A stretch of DNA of 64,000 bases. It comes from Octopus sinensis. Its lineage: Eukaryota. The stretch lies in the NCBI RefSeq assembly GCF_006345805.1, contig NC_042997.1:9610001-9674000 (forward strand). Direction: 5' to 3'. Numbering within the stretch: the first letter of the stretch is position 1; each line of letters opens with the position of its first letter. Below, one piece after another: positions 1-14,347 of this stretch. A program made the position numbers and the translations under genes. The notes beneath the pieces are model-generated. The model had not been told where the DNA came from, did not search any database, and saw nothing but the letters and a program-made list of their open reading frames with translations.

Positions 1-1639
1 GAGTACAGATATTCTACTAATATTGCTCTAACTTTGTTGGTTTCACAGAATCATTTGATAAAGCTTTGCTACAAATAACACTGAGAAAACTTTCTTTTCT
101 TTTAATGATAATAGATATGAATTCATATTGAATACCTGATGTTTTCTTTTACAATTATGATGGGCTCAAAAGTAAGTAATTAGAAGGGTCTAGAATAGGT
201 AAAAAAATAACTAAAACTGAAATATCTTTGATTCTCAAAAACACTTAATAAATGTCACAACTTAAGCTAGAAGCAAACTACAATTCTAGAGAATGTGTAT
301 AACCAAATACATCACACTTTTTTGAATATTAATCACAATTCTCCCTTGAAACCTTAAAATTCTACACAGTTGCTTGAGCCGCTAAGAAAATAACAATCAA
401 ATCTCTCCCAAATTGAACCCAGCTGTCTAAATATAAGAAAGATATGTACCCAGTATATTATGCAGGAATAAAACATCGGATGGTTATAGCTGGAAGGATT
501 TTGATCATTGGACTTTTTCTCAAGGTTGACCTGACACTAAATATAGAGAATAACAATGCAGCCATTTCAGGACATATTGTTGATGTAAGGTAAAGTTACA
601 CAGCTACAAGAGGAAATCAAAATTGTTTGGAAACTTTGTGCAATTTATAGCCACCAAAACTCAGCTCATATGAAGAGTTTATATTAAGAAAGTAAATCCC
701 AGTTTAAACAAGTATACTTAAATTCAATGTTATTATTAAATTTCTTTATTATATATTTTTATTAATTTCAAAAATTATCAAACATATGGCAGCAGAGACA
801 AATGAATGTAGAAATTATATTTCATTCATTCTATTTTTGTAAAGTTGTTTATAAAAGATGAAAATTAAAATTGGATTTTGTTTTCTCTTCACAAATTGCT
901 AAATTTATTAATTTCTTTATTATATTTTACATTTATTTATATTTTATGTATTTGTTGAATAGAAACAATTTTTCCTCCTATAAATGAAATCATCAAATTG
1001 ACTACACCATAGAGGGAATTGCTCAGAAAAGGAAAAAACATAAAAATAAAAGTCAGGTTTATCTATAAACTTTTATGTTTATCAGCTGGATTGAAATGAA
1101 ACAAGATTTCCAAGTGAAAAATCACTCACTACTTTCTTTAGCAATGACAAATTTATTAATTTCTCACATAATAAAAATTCACTTTGACAGTTTCCATCCA
1201 GAAGAGCATAATTGAGAAAATCAACAAGAAACATTTTTTTAAAAAATTAGATAAAAAGCATTTGCATCAACTTGTTAACACTTCAGCATACATTTTCTTT
1301 CTTTCTGAGATTTTTGCTTCATACTTACGATTTTAGTTTGTGTTTATTTTCACAGTTAACTAGCGAGAGAGAGAGAAAAAACAAATGTAAAATTTAAGGA
1401 AAAAAAATAATAAATGAGTAAAGTACATATCTGAAAGTTTACATCGATAAAAAGATATACAAAAAATTCACTTACAATTATTAGTACTTAGTTGTTTAAA
1501 ATTTTATTCCCAGCCTCTTGAGGATTGCAGCTGAGATACATTTAATCTTTATATACAAGCAGAAGCACACACAAATATACGCATTAAGCGTATATCCAAG
1601 TGTTTATATAAACATACATATATACACATATAGATATGT

Positions 1640-1943
1640 AAAATGAATATGTTTATGTCTGTTTATGCATATATATATATATATATATTTATACATGCTT
1701 ACATACATACATTCATGCATTCATGCATACATACATATAAATATATATACAATATATACATACAATATATATGTATATATATATATATATATATATACAA
1801 TATATATATATACATATATATACACATATACATACATTCATGCATACATACATACATACATACACACATATACATATAATACATATATACGTATAAATAT
1901 GTATAGTTAGATATATATGTATATACACATATAAAAGTATACT

Positions 1944-1979
<36 letters not shown>

Positions 1980-1980
1980 T
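1640..1980. repeat. Compound (TA)n/(TACA)n microsatellite
   Basis: Directly visible; explains the YI/IY-rich ORFs here. Confidence 0.95.
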
Positions 1981-2809
1981 ATACCCAAATTCATAATTTA
2001 GCGAAAAACAGTACTCAATATTTGAAGTAAAGGTCATATGGTTTCATTTGCAAAGTATGCCTCACTTGAAGTTTTGCCAGCATTGCTTCTCAAATGACTG
2101 AATATATTTCAAATAACAGGTATGTATAATATAATATAAAACAGAATCTTAACAATAGATTAAAAACAATGGTGAAAACCGGATGACAATTGAATGAAGA
2201 ATTTTAAATGCATTCATCATCATATTCTTACTCAATAGCAAACTTGCAATTATTATTATATAACATTCCATTGTTAAAACAATGTGGTTTAACAAGTAAT
2301 ACACTTGGAGCTTTTGCTTGTTTGTACTCCACCTACCTTCGTCTTTTGTTTATTTTCGGAAACCTTCCCATTATATATATATATATATATATTATATTAT
2401 AATCCCCTTCCAGCCACTCTAGTTCCTCTCACCATCATTTGCTATCTCTAAATATCTCACCTCACACTTTTATGGAACCCTATTGTACCATTTATACTCC
2501 CCACCCCACCATCCCATATGGGTAGGCCTTCTCTCTCTCTCTTTCACTGTGTCTGTGTCTCTCTTTCTATCTTTCTCCCTAACTCTCTTCCACTTTCCTC
2601 TCCTTGCTTCTCTCACTAGGGTATCCAAGTATCACCTCTATAGTAAGATAGCTATTGTTGTCCTTTTATCATACTCTAACTTCTCTCCACATGCTCAACC
2701 ACTTCTCTCGGTTCCACTTCTCTCAGCTGAGAGATTTTTGTTTTGGAAGCTACTTGGTGAACTCCTTCAGTTGCTAATGCTATACAAAAAGCACCAATGC
2801 TGCTGCCAA

Positions 2810-3050
2810 ATAAAAAGCATCTGTGCTGGTACCATGTAAAAACACTGATGCAGATGCCACATAAAAAGCACCCAAGTTGGTTCTGCATAAAAAGCACTCA
2901 GTACACTTTGTAAAGTGGTTGACATTAAGAAGGGCATCTAGCCATGGAAACCATACCAAAGCAGACTACAGGAGCCTGGTGCAGATCTCTGGGTTGCCAG
3001 CACCTGTCAAACCATCCACCCCTTACTAGCATGGAAAATAGGCATTAAAT
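2810..3050 (+). mobile_element. 3' tail of RTE-type LINE or its derived short element
   Basis: Diverged copy of the aaaagcacc units + 'ttaagaagggcatctagc...agcatggaaaataggcattaaatgatg' terminus also seen at 16140-16310. Confidence 0.7.
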
Positions 3051-3636
3051 GATGATTAATTATATGAGTGTAGGTGCATAGTAAGTTTGCTTCCAAAGAA
3101 TAAGGTTCTGGATTTATTCCCACTGTGTGGCACCTTGGGCAAGTGTCTTCTATTTTAGTCCCTGACTGACCACAGCCTTTTGAGTGAATTTGTTAATGGA
3201 AACTGAGTCAGCTTCATGCCAAATCATCCAACCCATGCCAGCATGGTGAGCAGACATTAAACAATGATGATGATAATGTGTGTGCATACACATCAAATGA
3301 AAAATGGTTTAAAGATCATGCAAATACTTTATAAGCTCTCTATGAAGAAAACAAACTTGGCTTACTGAACTGACCTGTGATAGATGTCAGAAGGGCTGCG
3401 TGGTTGATTCAGTAGAACTGAGGCAATGGTGTGATTCAAAATTTCCATACTACTAATAATGAAATACTCAGCAAATTCCTGCAATTTGATTTCTTCCCTT
3501 CACTATGTGTGTGTGTGTGCTTGTGTGCATACATATGGGCATGTTAACACTTGCATACACGTATTAACATGCACATACACTTGTGCATGTGTTTGTATGT
3601 AAATATCTCTATACGTATATGTATATATATGAAATA

Positions 3637-4640
3637 TACAGGATGCAGATGGTATTTGAGGACAGATTTATTGTTTTAAAAAAATACTTATATAATAACA
3701 GAAAAAACTGTATTTTTATAAAAATAAAATAACATAAAGCTATATTATCAATTTAATAATTTCATTCAATAAAACCACCATAAGCATCGATAACTGCCTC
3801 TACGTCGGATCAAAATCATTTACAAGCTCAGATTAAGTGGTCCTTGTTCATATCAGACATGACTCGAACTATAGTGGCTTTCAAAGAATCTTTGGTGCTA
3901 TGAAGATGTTCATTGACATTTTTCTCAACGATGTTCCATGCATAGTAGTCCAGTGGATTGAGATCTGGAGAATTAGGAGGTCAAATGTTGGGGTTTATGT
4001 GATCATGCAAATTGTCACCCAACCATTTTTGTGTCATTTGAGCCTTGTGTGATGGTGCAGAATCTTATTGGAAGACATACGGCTTTCCATTGCATATACT
4101 GTTGATCCAAGGCTTAACAACTTTATCCAGAACCACAATAGATGCAGCAGCATTCACCCTAAAGCCTTGTGGGAAAAAGTGAGGAGGCATCACATGTCTT
4201 TCATTGCTAACAGCACCCAAAACCATGACACTTGCAAGAAACTTTGTGTGCATTACGCTTGGAACGGTCTGCACATAGCCATCAGTTATTTCTTCTTTTA
4301 GTTTTCTGGTCTTGATCAAAGTTTTTCTCATCTGAAAAAAACCAAATCACACCATCTTCTAATGGATTTTAAAGTTTATTCAAAAGTCTTTTGGATCTGA
4401 TTAAACAGTTTTCTCTTGTTTTTTTCTGACATGAATTGACCTCTCATCCTCATGTAAGATTTGTATCTGTCTTTATGCACAACATTTTTGATTGTTTTTT
4501 TTTCTGATGCATGAAATTTTTTTGCAACTGACCTCATTGATTTTCCTGAATTGTCTTCAATGTTTTGCTTAACTACCTGAATAAATTCAGGTGTCCTGAT
4601 AAAATAAGAGTATTTGAAATGTTTTTTACATTTTGACACT
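3637..4640 (-). mobile_element. Tc1/mariner superfamily DD37D (maT-type) transposase remnant
   Basis: Minus-strand translation gives YVFQ*DSAPSHKAQMTQKWLGDNLHDHINPNI*PPNSPDLNPLDYYAW, with 37 residues between the two Asp by hand count, plus N-terminal IRTPEFIQ...KSMRSVAK; in-frame stops present. Confidence 0.85.
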
Positions 4641-5734
4641 GGTAATACACTTCCATCTTCTTTCTCTTTCTGGTAACATAAAAATCTGGAGTTCTAGAGC
4701 TGATGAACTCTTTGAATGCACTTTCAACATCAGTTTGATTTTTTAACACCTTCTCTCGCAGGAAACCATTGAGGTGCTTGGAAAAGTTGTAGTCAGTAGG
4801 AGAAAGGTCTGGGGAATAAGCTGGGTGGGGAAGAACATCATAGCCAAGTTCCCTCAACTTCTGGAGCTTCATTAGTGAAATGTGGGGTTGAAGAATGAAG
4901 AATGATTTGCCCTATTCTGTTGACCAGTCTGGGATGGAGGAGTAGCAGTTTTCCATTCATTTTGGCAATTTCATGGCAATATCTTTCTGAAGTAGTGGTT
5001 TATCCAGGTTTTAAGAAGTTATAGTGGATGAGTCCAGTAGTACACCACTAAACAGTTACCATAACATTCTTGGGTTTAGGAAAGGTTTTCAGTGCTTGAT
5101 TTTGGTCCAGCCACTGCAAAGAAGTTTTTTTGTTATTGTACAGAATCCACTTTTCATCACAAATTACAATATGGTCAAGAACGGTCTCGTTACAGAGAAG
5201 AAGCAACGAGCAAATTTCATATCTGCACATTTTCTGATTTTTATTGAAATCGTGTGGTACCCATTTGGCGAACTTTTTTAATTTTTCAATTACATGAAAA
5301 TGGTTGCAGGCAGTTTCCCGACTATCTTGAAATTCTTTTGCCAGTTCTCAAGTGGTTTTACGTGAATCTTTTTCAATGACAGTCTTTAATTGACTTTAAT
5401 CAATGACAGATGGGCGTCCACTTTGCTCACAATCTTTAAGGCTCAGGTCTCCACTGCGAAATCACTTAAAGCATTTTCAAGCTGATCATTCACTGGTCAT
5501 TTCCTCCTCAAATGTTTCATTGATATCATGAGCAGTTTCAGCTACTTTACATCCTTTTTTGAAGGTGAATAGCAAAATTGCTTGATTATTGTGCTTTCAC
5601 AGTTCCATCTCAGATGATTGCAACAGTGGTGAGAAAAATATCAATGTTAATTTATTGATGCATTTGGGCAAGTCTATGTATTATCAGACATTTGCAAAAA
5701 CTTGTTTAAAAAAATTCAAAACGTTGCAAAAATC

Positions 5735-5737
<3 letters not shown>
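4641..5737 (-). mobile_element. mariner (DD34D-type) transposase remnant
   Basis: Motifs HIVICDEKWILYNN and HPAYSPDLSPTDY; frameshifted; ends at a (TA)n tract near 5737. Confidence 0.85.
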
Positions 5738-5771
<34 letters not shown>

Positions 5772-5775
<4 letters not shown>

Positions 5776-6510
5776 TGCAAATATATGCTGCAAATGAATG
5801 AGGACAGCTGTATGAAAAAGTGAAAGTTGAAAGAACCTGTGGAAGAGGTAGACCCAGGAAGACCTGGGATGAGGTGGTGAAGCACAACCTTCAAACATTG
5901 GGCCTCACTGAGGCAATGACTAGTGACTGAGACCTTTGGAGATATGCTGTGCTTGCGAAAACCCAACAAGCCAAGTGAGACCACAGCCCATGGCCTATAC
6001 CCACTTATGAATACCCCTCATTCATTGGACAATAAACTTTGCTTGTGAAGACATATTGAGGCAAATGAAATTGAAATCAAAATCGCTGACGTGGTCATTG
6101 ACAGTACAGCCTGATTGGCACTCTTGCCAGTGGAACGTTAAAAGTGCCATTCGAGCGTGATCATTGCCAGCATCACCTTACTGGTACATGTGACGGTGGC
6201 ACATGAAAAACAACGTTCGAGCATGGTCACTGCCAGTGTTGCCAGACTAGCTCCTGTGCAGGTAACATGTAAAAATCACCTTTTGAGCATGGCCATTGCC
6301 AGAACCGCCTGACTGGCCCTCATGCCGGTGACATGTAAAAGCACCCACTACACTCTCAGAGTGGTTGGTATTAGGAAGGGCATCTAGCTGTAAAAACTTT
6401 GCCAGATCAGATTGAGCCTGGTGCAGCCTTCTGGCTCACCAGTCCTCAGTCAAACTGTTCAAACCATGCCAGCATGGAAAGCAGACGTTAAACGACAATG
6501 ATGATGATAT
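5772..6510 (+). mobile_element. 5'-truncated RTE-type LINE 3' end
   Basis: gaacctgtggaagaggtagacccaggaagacctgggatgagg (TCGRGRPRKTWDEVV-type end of ORF), tandem 3'UTR units and (GAT)n tail; matches 15590-16310. Confidence 0.85.
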
Positions 6511-6706
6511 ATAAACACACACACACACACTTTCATATATGTGTGTGTGTATGTATGTATATATATATGCATGCTAATACATGACCCATGTTGGACTCGT
6601 ATCATTATCGAACCTGGTGCTTAACTATGGTCTATCCATAGTACTTATTTCACGCTACCTGACATCTTTTGGGTCTCCTTGACACCAATACCTCTCATAC
6701 CCTCAG

Positions 6707-6747
<41 letters not shown>

Positions 6748-6751
<4 letters not shown>

Positions 6752-7052
6752 GGGACCACGTGACCGACCAGGCTATTAGATGTTGCTACACATTGCTGGT
6801 CACAATGCACTTCGCATTGTTTTAGCCTTTAAATGACGCAACCCCACTGGCTAAGCAAGCAGGCCAACAGAAGAAAGAGTGAGAGAAAGTTGTGGTGAAA
6901 GAGTACAGCAGGGATCACCCCTACCCCCTGCCGGAGCCTCGTGGAGCTTTTTCGCTCAATAAACACTCAAAATGCCTGGTTCTGGGAATCGAAACCGCGA
7001 CCCTACAACCACAAGTCCGCTGCCCTAACCACTGGGCCATTGCGCCTCCACA
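6748..7052 (-). mobile_element. tRNA-derived SINE, family B
   Basis: Reverse complement of head tgtggaggcgcaatggcccagtggttagggcagcggac...gtttcgattccc (A/B boxes), shared with 14061, 33784 and 51136. Confidence 0.85.
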
Positions 7053-8040
7053 TATATATATATATGTATGCATGTGTGTGTATGTATGTATGTGTATATA
7101 TGTGTGTGTGTGTGCGTTTATATATGTACTTTTAGAGTTTTTAGTTCATTTTGCTTAGCTCAGTACTGTACCTGGTACTTATTTTATTAAACTGAAAGGA
7201 AGGCAAGCCAAACTTGACCTGTACACATATGCACAGACACACACATACATATGCACATAATTCACACATACCATGCATACATACATACAGAAATAAGTGT
7301 GTGTGTGTGTGTGAGTAAGAATACATACATATAGATGTCATTTGTTGAAGAAAATTAATACTTGCCAGAACCAGTCTTAGCATATATGAATAAAATTGAA
7401 AAGTTTAACTGGCTTAGTCATGTGACATGACATCATGACACCTTTGTTCTTGCCATTCAGGTTAATAATTATTATAATAGAAGCTATATTGGGTTTCTCA
7501 ACTTGCTGGAAATGACAGCTAAATTCTTTCAAATCACACCCGATACTAACGATTGGGTAATTAGAAAGATAGTGGAAAACATGAACATTATTCTTGTAAC
7601 AAAAGATGGAAGTGGGAAATGCATCTCTTGTGATGCATCTACTCTATGTCCTTTGTGGTCTATAGAGTTAGATTGATTCAATATATATATATTGATCTTT
7701 ATTTTATTGATACTTAAAGAACAAAAAGTAAAGCTGACCATTTCAGCTTTGTTTTCTGTTATCTGTGCACCTTAATCTTTACTTAGCTGACTATGAAAAT
7801 TAGTGACACCGATAGAAATGATAAATCAATGAATTTTGGAACTTGAAGCAAAATTTCTCCCTGAAGCACAGTATCCTTTCTTGATACTTATAACATTTCA
7901 TCTCTTTCTGCAAAGTAATTCTTCCAGGGCACAATTAAATGTAAGGTAATCTTGCTGTTGGAAATCAAATGCAAAGAGATTCCTTTATGGTTGAGGACTG
8001 CAAACCTGTGACAACACTTCAGTTTCCAGGAACTAATCTC

Positions 8041-8265
8041 TTAACCCTTTAGCATTCAAATTATTTTGTCATATGTAATACTTATTTATTCACATTGTCT
8101 TGAATAAATAATGCATTAACTTGTAGCTTTGAGATTTAAATATGATTGTTTATCTTTAGAATGACATTGTAAGGTAGGTGTGAAAGGTCAGAAATGGCCA
8201 GCCTGAACATAAAACAGATAGAATATTTTGGCCTGAAATTACCAGTTTAAATGCAAAAGGGTTAA
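8041..8265. mobile_element. TTAA-flanked MITE (piggyBac-like ends)
   Basis: ttaaccctttagcatt ... aatgcaaaagggttaa terminal inverted repeat including TTAA; diverged second copy at 40321. Confidence 0.75.
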
Positions 8266-8599
8266 GACAATTTACTTATAGTGAAGTGGCATTGGAATGT
8301 GTGTCTCACATATGATGATTCTGAATCTCTGCCAATGATATAACCTTATTGCCTGTCAACGTATAAGTAGTCAAGGCATCTCAAGATTATTGAGCAAGAA
8401 AAGAAGATAATGGAGTTTTTCTCCCATAGGTACTTGAACCGTTCGTGACAAAAGTGAAAGAATTTGTGCTTGAATCTGGTCAGATCTCCCCAAGTATTTT
8501 GACCCAAAAGTAGCATACTAGTAAATTGTTGATACTATCTTCAACTGCATCAATCACTCTAATTTTAGTGGTTTTTAAATCTTCCACATCCCAAGAATA

Positions 8600-10050
8600 C
8601 AAAGTAGTAGTTCTCTCATAGTTGGGCTGCAGCAGTTCAGACACAAAATATACTACAGTGCTTGGAATATATCCTCACCTCTACAAACTGGGTGTTCCTT
8701 ACCCAGCACTGCAACTCCATTAAGACCATTACCTGAACCATAAAGGATGTCTCCATGCATCATTCTATTCCCCATTCCATTACCCCCCAAACTGCATTTG
8801 ACAAGGTGTCACCTTTACATGATCCTCCTTTCAACTCTGTCAGGCCCTAAGTTTCAGTTTCCCTTTCTACATTTTTACTTCCACACATCAATGACATTCT
8901 TACCGTTCCCTCCATTTACACAGATGATACATGCTTTTATTCCTCACTAAACTTCCACTTCCAAATATCACCTAGACAAGCACTCACGTATTTCTCCTCT
9001 TTTTATAACCCAAATCCAGTTTTTCTCCCTCAAAATGTTAGCCATCAGGAAATCATTCTCAGCACATATTTTCCTTATAGCTGTTAATTTCCAACTGTTC
9101 AAGAGGAATCTTAATGATATTGATCTTACTTATCTCAGATGTATATGAATGGCGTAGACACACGACTTACCTCTTGACACAACCAATAAAAAACTGTCTC
9201 CAAAAATCTAACTCTTTACTTTGATGATTGCACCTGAAAATGAAACTACAAATAAAACCATACAGAACTGCCATCTAGAATCGATGTTTGACTTTGGCAT
9301 ACACTTTTATTTGAGCCAAGATGATCAATGTCCACTGAAAGTAGAGCTATATCAGCCCGCTCTACTTTGATAAGTACACTGATAAGGTGGTGATTTTTCT
9401 TGATAGATCTCAACATCATACAATTTTATACAATTGTTTACTCTGCCAGAATTCTGACTAAAATATTTACTTGAACTTTTTTGTGGTGTAAGTGGCCTTA
9501 AAAGTATTCATTATATTTCCTTACTTGGATGACTCCTCTCTTGCAACACTCTCCAGCCCTTAGAATTGGCAAATGTTCCATGTCTACATTTATTTTCAGT
9601 TCACCTCAAAGAAAATGAAGCAAAAACTTTTAAATTTGGTTTGTAAGACAGACTGTCTACTCTGGTAACTTCATTCTTATGGTCACCAGTATCCAGAGTT
9701 AAAGCACCTTATACACCACTTTATTCCTTCTGTATTGAATCACAGGAACTATCTAAGACAGTTTTGAAATCTACCACATGTGAGCTTCCCTTCCTTTAGC
9801 AGTTCAATAAAATGCCAATGAAAATCTTCATACAAAACCTGCCAGTCAGACACAATGAATTCTGATCTTATGGAAACCATATTGCCACTTTAATATCACA
9901 TCACACATCTGCTATGAGACTCCAACAAATGACTTTTTTTCTATGACTTAAAAAAAGCTTTTTTCCTTAATTCTTTCTTCTTGATTGTGAAGAAATGGTT
10001 AAATACTATTCTCTCAACTATCTCATTAGTAGTGTTTCAAAAGCCTATTA
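8600..10050 (+). mobile_element. Highly degraded CR1/L2-group LINE reverse transcriptase region
   Basis: Scattered RT-like residues (TAFDKV at ~8790; a QxxILS-type segment at ~9045); no intact ORF. Confidence 0.45.
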
Positions 10051-12085
10051 TAGTCTAATTACAAATCCAAATACAACTTAATTTTTCCTTATAATTAGCT
10101 CTTTAGCATAACATCTGCAAGGTATTTAGTCTGGCACTGTACCATTTCTCCCATTCCACTGTATTAAATAATAATATTGATTTCTAATATTTGCACAGAC
10201 ACAAACTGAGAAAAATGACGGTTTGATTAAATTGACCCAGTTCTTGACTGGTATTTATTTTATTGACTCGGTAAGGATGGAAAGTAGAATCAGCCTGGTG
10301 GGATAAGATGTTAGCAGGTAAAGAGCCATGATTAAATAACACGAGAAGATTTGTTTGGTACTTTATTGATTCTATCCTCCATAGACTTCTACTCAAATCT
10401 TTTTCTAACATTAGTGCATGGCCCCCAAGGTACTGATCAGAATACAGTTGATTGAATTTCCAACCATAGTGCACAATTATAACTTATTTAATCATCCTCT
10501 GTGGAGTTAAAGGTGAAGATGATCCTAATGGAATTTGGACTCAGAATGTAGAGGAACAAAACTTAATACTGTTAGACATTTAATCCAGTATTCTTCAATT
10601 TCTGCCAACCCAATACCGTTATCAATATAATAAATAATCATGTTTCTATAGATAATGGATAGATCAACATAGTATTATACTGTATAAATTTAAAGTGCTT
10701 GCAGCTTCTTATATTCTGCTATTGAACTCACAATGAGAAAAAACAATATTAACTTGTATGTTTACTGGCTAAAAATATATGAATTTTGGATGTCTAATAT
10801 ATATTTTACCATTTATACAAAATGGCACAGAAGGTAAAAATCTAAATCACAAATTGACACGCTTGGTCATAAAGAATTATTCCTTATAGACTTTTTTCTC
10901 TATCTCAAAAGAGTTCTGTTTCTATTCAAGACTACACAATCTTATACAGTCATTCATTCTTTCCATTCAAAATTATAGATTGAATGTAATTCATTCTTTA
11001 CTTCTATTGACATTCAGTAAGTCCAGAAATTGCCTTTATTAATGGTTGAATCTTTGTCTACATTCTCCTTGCTCTTGCACTGTCTTATAATATCTATACC
11101 CCTAAATTCTAAATGCAAACAAAAACTACTTTCCAATATATAATTCACTTCCTCCTTATTGCCTAGCTATTCACTTAACTGGACGATTCAATTAGAGTAG
11201 ATTTTTATTTCTTTTTTTTTCCCCTAGAAACTACATCCATAAAAGCTTTTGCTAAACACATCATTTATTCGGTCCATATTACTTAGAAGTTTACGACCAG
11301 AACACCACAATCTTTTTTTATATTTAAGAGGTTTTATGAGACTTTTCCCCATCTGCAAGAATATTTTATGCCCAATGTTAAGAAACAAAACTCAGATATT
11401 GGAAAATGTATATCAATTCAAAATTTGGTTCTAGATTTGTTTAAATATGAAAACAATTTATTATTTAATTTCACCAGAAAGTATCAATTCAAAATGAGGG
11501 CACACCAAGCATATTTTACTAATTATTGAAGAGATTGTTGATAACTGGTCTGGTTATTAAATTCAGTAAAGTTACTGTAGGTATAAAAAAAACAGGAAAA
11601 ATGTTAAATGTTTTGAAATAAGGAATGAGCAATAATACTGGTCAACAAAATGAATATTGTATTCTCTGGCATAAAATCTTAGAGCTGTTTTAGACTAATT
11701 TTTGGGTGTTAATTCCAAAACTGATCTTAAATTTGCTCTATCATATCACATTTTGTACCATTGGTATATACATTTATTTATCCGGATCATACTTTACACC
11801 AAAATTTGCAGGAATTTTGGCTGGATTGCCATGCTGATTTTGAATATGTTCAAACTGAGTTTTAATTTAAAACCTTTTCTCTTTTTGGGTGTGAACTGAA
11901 CCACTGTGATTTAGTTATGGATACCATATCAAAAAGAAGGAAGTGTTATAATGTCCCCGACATCTTCTGTTACATCTGTGGAAATTTCACTCCAAAGGCT
12001 CAAAGATGCAACATTAATAACTTTGTCACAAAGGTGTATCTTACTTATTTTAAAGTAGCACTTGGAGACCAGGACAAACCTGGGC

Positions 12086-12394
12086 TGTGGAGGTACATGG
12101 CCTAGTGGTTAGAGCAGCGGACTTACAGTCGAGGGATCGCAGATTCGAATCTCAAGCTGGGTGACGTGTGTGTTTATAAGCAAAACACCCAAGCTCCACG
12201 CAGCTCCAGCAGAAGGTAATGGCGAGCCTCTCTGCTGACTCTTTGGCCACAACTTTCTCTCACTCTTTCCTCCTGCATCTTGCAGCTCACCTGCAATAGA
12301 CCGGCATCCCATCCAGGTGGGGAACCTATATGCCAAGGAAACCAGGAAACCGGCCCTTATGAGCCAGGAATGGCTCGAGAAAGAACAAACAACA
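12086..12394 (+). mobile_element. tRNA-derived SINE (family B variant) nested in the Chapaev3 transposase
   Basis: tRNA-like head; exact 12-bp TSD ACAAACCTGGGC at 12074-12085 and 12395-12406. Confidence 0.9.
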
Positions 12395-14060
12395 ACAAAC
12401 CTGGGCTCATCACAAACTTTGCAAAGCCTGTGTCAAAACTTTGCAACCATGGTCTCGAGAAAAGAATATGAAGCTCAAGTTTGGTGTGCCAATGGTTTGG
12501 AGAGAACCCACAAACCATGTGGATAACTGCTACTTCTGCCTTGTTAATATAATAGGTTTAATACAAAAGTCAAATGATGCTTGCAATGCTCAGATATCTT
12601 ATCTACCCATTGATCAGTTGCACACTCTGAGGAAATGCCAGTGCCTGTATTTAATGAAATGCTACAGATTGGTGATGAAAGTCTCAGTTCATCTACTACT
12701 GATGAAAATGAACAGTGTATGTCATCTGATACAGACTGTGATAATTTTTCTTTGTTTAGTCAGCCTGAATTGAATGATCTGATCTGGGATTCGTATTTGC
12801 CAAAGCAGTCTGTTTAATTGTTGGCTTCCAGGTTGCAAGAGAAAAGACTGTTGAAACCTGATATTTGTGTCTCCTTTTATTGTAACAGAGAAGCAGAACT
12901 GTGAAAGTACTTCCATTCAGCTGGTCAGCTTGTTTATTGTAATGATGTTGAAGGGCTTCTTCTTAATATGGGGCTGCCAGCATATAAGTCACATGAGTGG
13001 AGACGTTTTATTGACAGCTCTAAAGGTAACTTGAAGCATGTTTTACTTTACTTCACAAAAGGAATTTGTATGGCTCAATCCCAATAGGACACTCTAGGTG
13101 TATGCCAGCATCAAGATTGTTCTGGAGATGTTGTAATATCATGTTCATGGATGAGTAATTTATGTCAATTTGAAAATGATAAACCTTCTACTTGGTCAGC
13201 AAGCAGGTTATACTAAGTACTCTTGTTTCCTGTGCTACTGGGACAGTTGAGCTACAAAGAGTCAGTGGATGAAAAAAAGAATGCACCACTCACAAGAAGT
13301 GGTTTGATGTCTTGTGACAAGAACATCATTAATGACCCTCTGATTGATAGAAAAAAACATTGTCTTTTCCCCCACTGCTCATGAAACTTGGTGAGATGAA
13401 GCAATTCCTCAAAGCTCTTGATCACAGTGAAGACTGTTTCAGGTATATGCTTACAACCTTTTCAAGTCTCAGTGTTGAAAAGAAGGGAGGAATATTTGAT
13501 AGACCTCAAACAAGAATGATCTTCAGGAATTCACATTACAACAATGAGTGGGTGGAGGATAGAGCTTGGAATGCCTTCTCTGATATGGTGCTGAATTTCC
13601 TTGTGAACAGGAAAGCTGGCAACTATCAAGAGATTGTGGAAGAGCTGCTCATGAGTTTTCAAGCACCTGGGTGTAAAATGAGCATTAAATTGCACTACTT
13701 GCACAGTCACTTGGGTGAGTTTCCAGAAAACCTGGATGATGTTAACAAAAAACAAGGTGAATGCTCTCATTGAGATGTAAAATTAATGGAAGAATGCTAC
13801 CAAGGCCGATGGGACTCAAACATGATGGCAGATTACTGCTGGAGCTTGTTGAGAGATATTCTAGAGGCTGTGCACAAGAGATTGCCATAAAAGAAGTTCT
13901 TACAGTTATAAAATGATCAGAATGAATTGAGATTTTGTATTCATATTTTGTTATCACCAAATGTGTATTTACTCACACAAATTTGTGATTTGATGAATTA
14001 AATTAAAAGTTTTATATCAAAAATGCATCTACATATCTTTAGTTCTTCCTTTATGAACAT

Positions 14061-14347
14061 TGTGGAGGCACAATGGCCCAGTGGTTAGGGCAGTGGACTC
14101 GAGGTCGGAGGATCACGGTTTCGATTCCCAGATCAGGCTTTGTGTGTGTTTATTGAGCGAAAACACCAAAAAGCTCCACGAGGTGACCCCTGTTGTACTC
14201 TTTCACCACAACTTTCTCTCACTCTCTCTTCCTGTTTCTTGAGTAACGCTGTGAGGGACTGATGGCCCGTCCAGCTGAGGGGAACACATACGCCACAAAA
14301 AACCAGGAAACCAGGCCCATGAACCTGGCTAGGCTTGAAAAGGGCAA
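14061..14347 (+). mobile_element. tRNA-derived SINE, family B (inside the Chapaev3 3' region)
   Basis: Head tgtggaggcacaatggcccagtggttagggcagtggactc...tttcgattccc. Confidence 0.85.

Noticed and set aside
1643-2037. YI/IY/HT-rich ORFs here and at many other microsatellites (e.g. 31087-31417, 57399-58092)
   Set aside because: They are translations of (TA)n/(CA)n/(ATCT)n repeats, which lack stops by construction.
2178-2224. Possible decayed hammerhead on the minus strand (augauga...caauuguc)
   Set aside because: Both the C of CUGA and the GAAA are missing; too degenerate to call.
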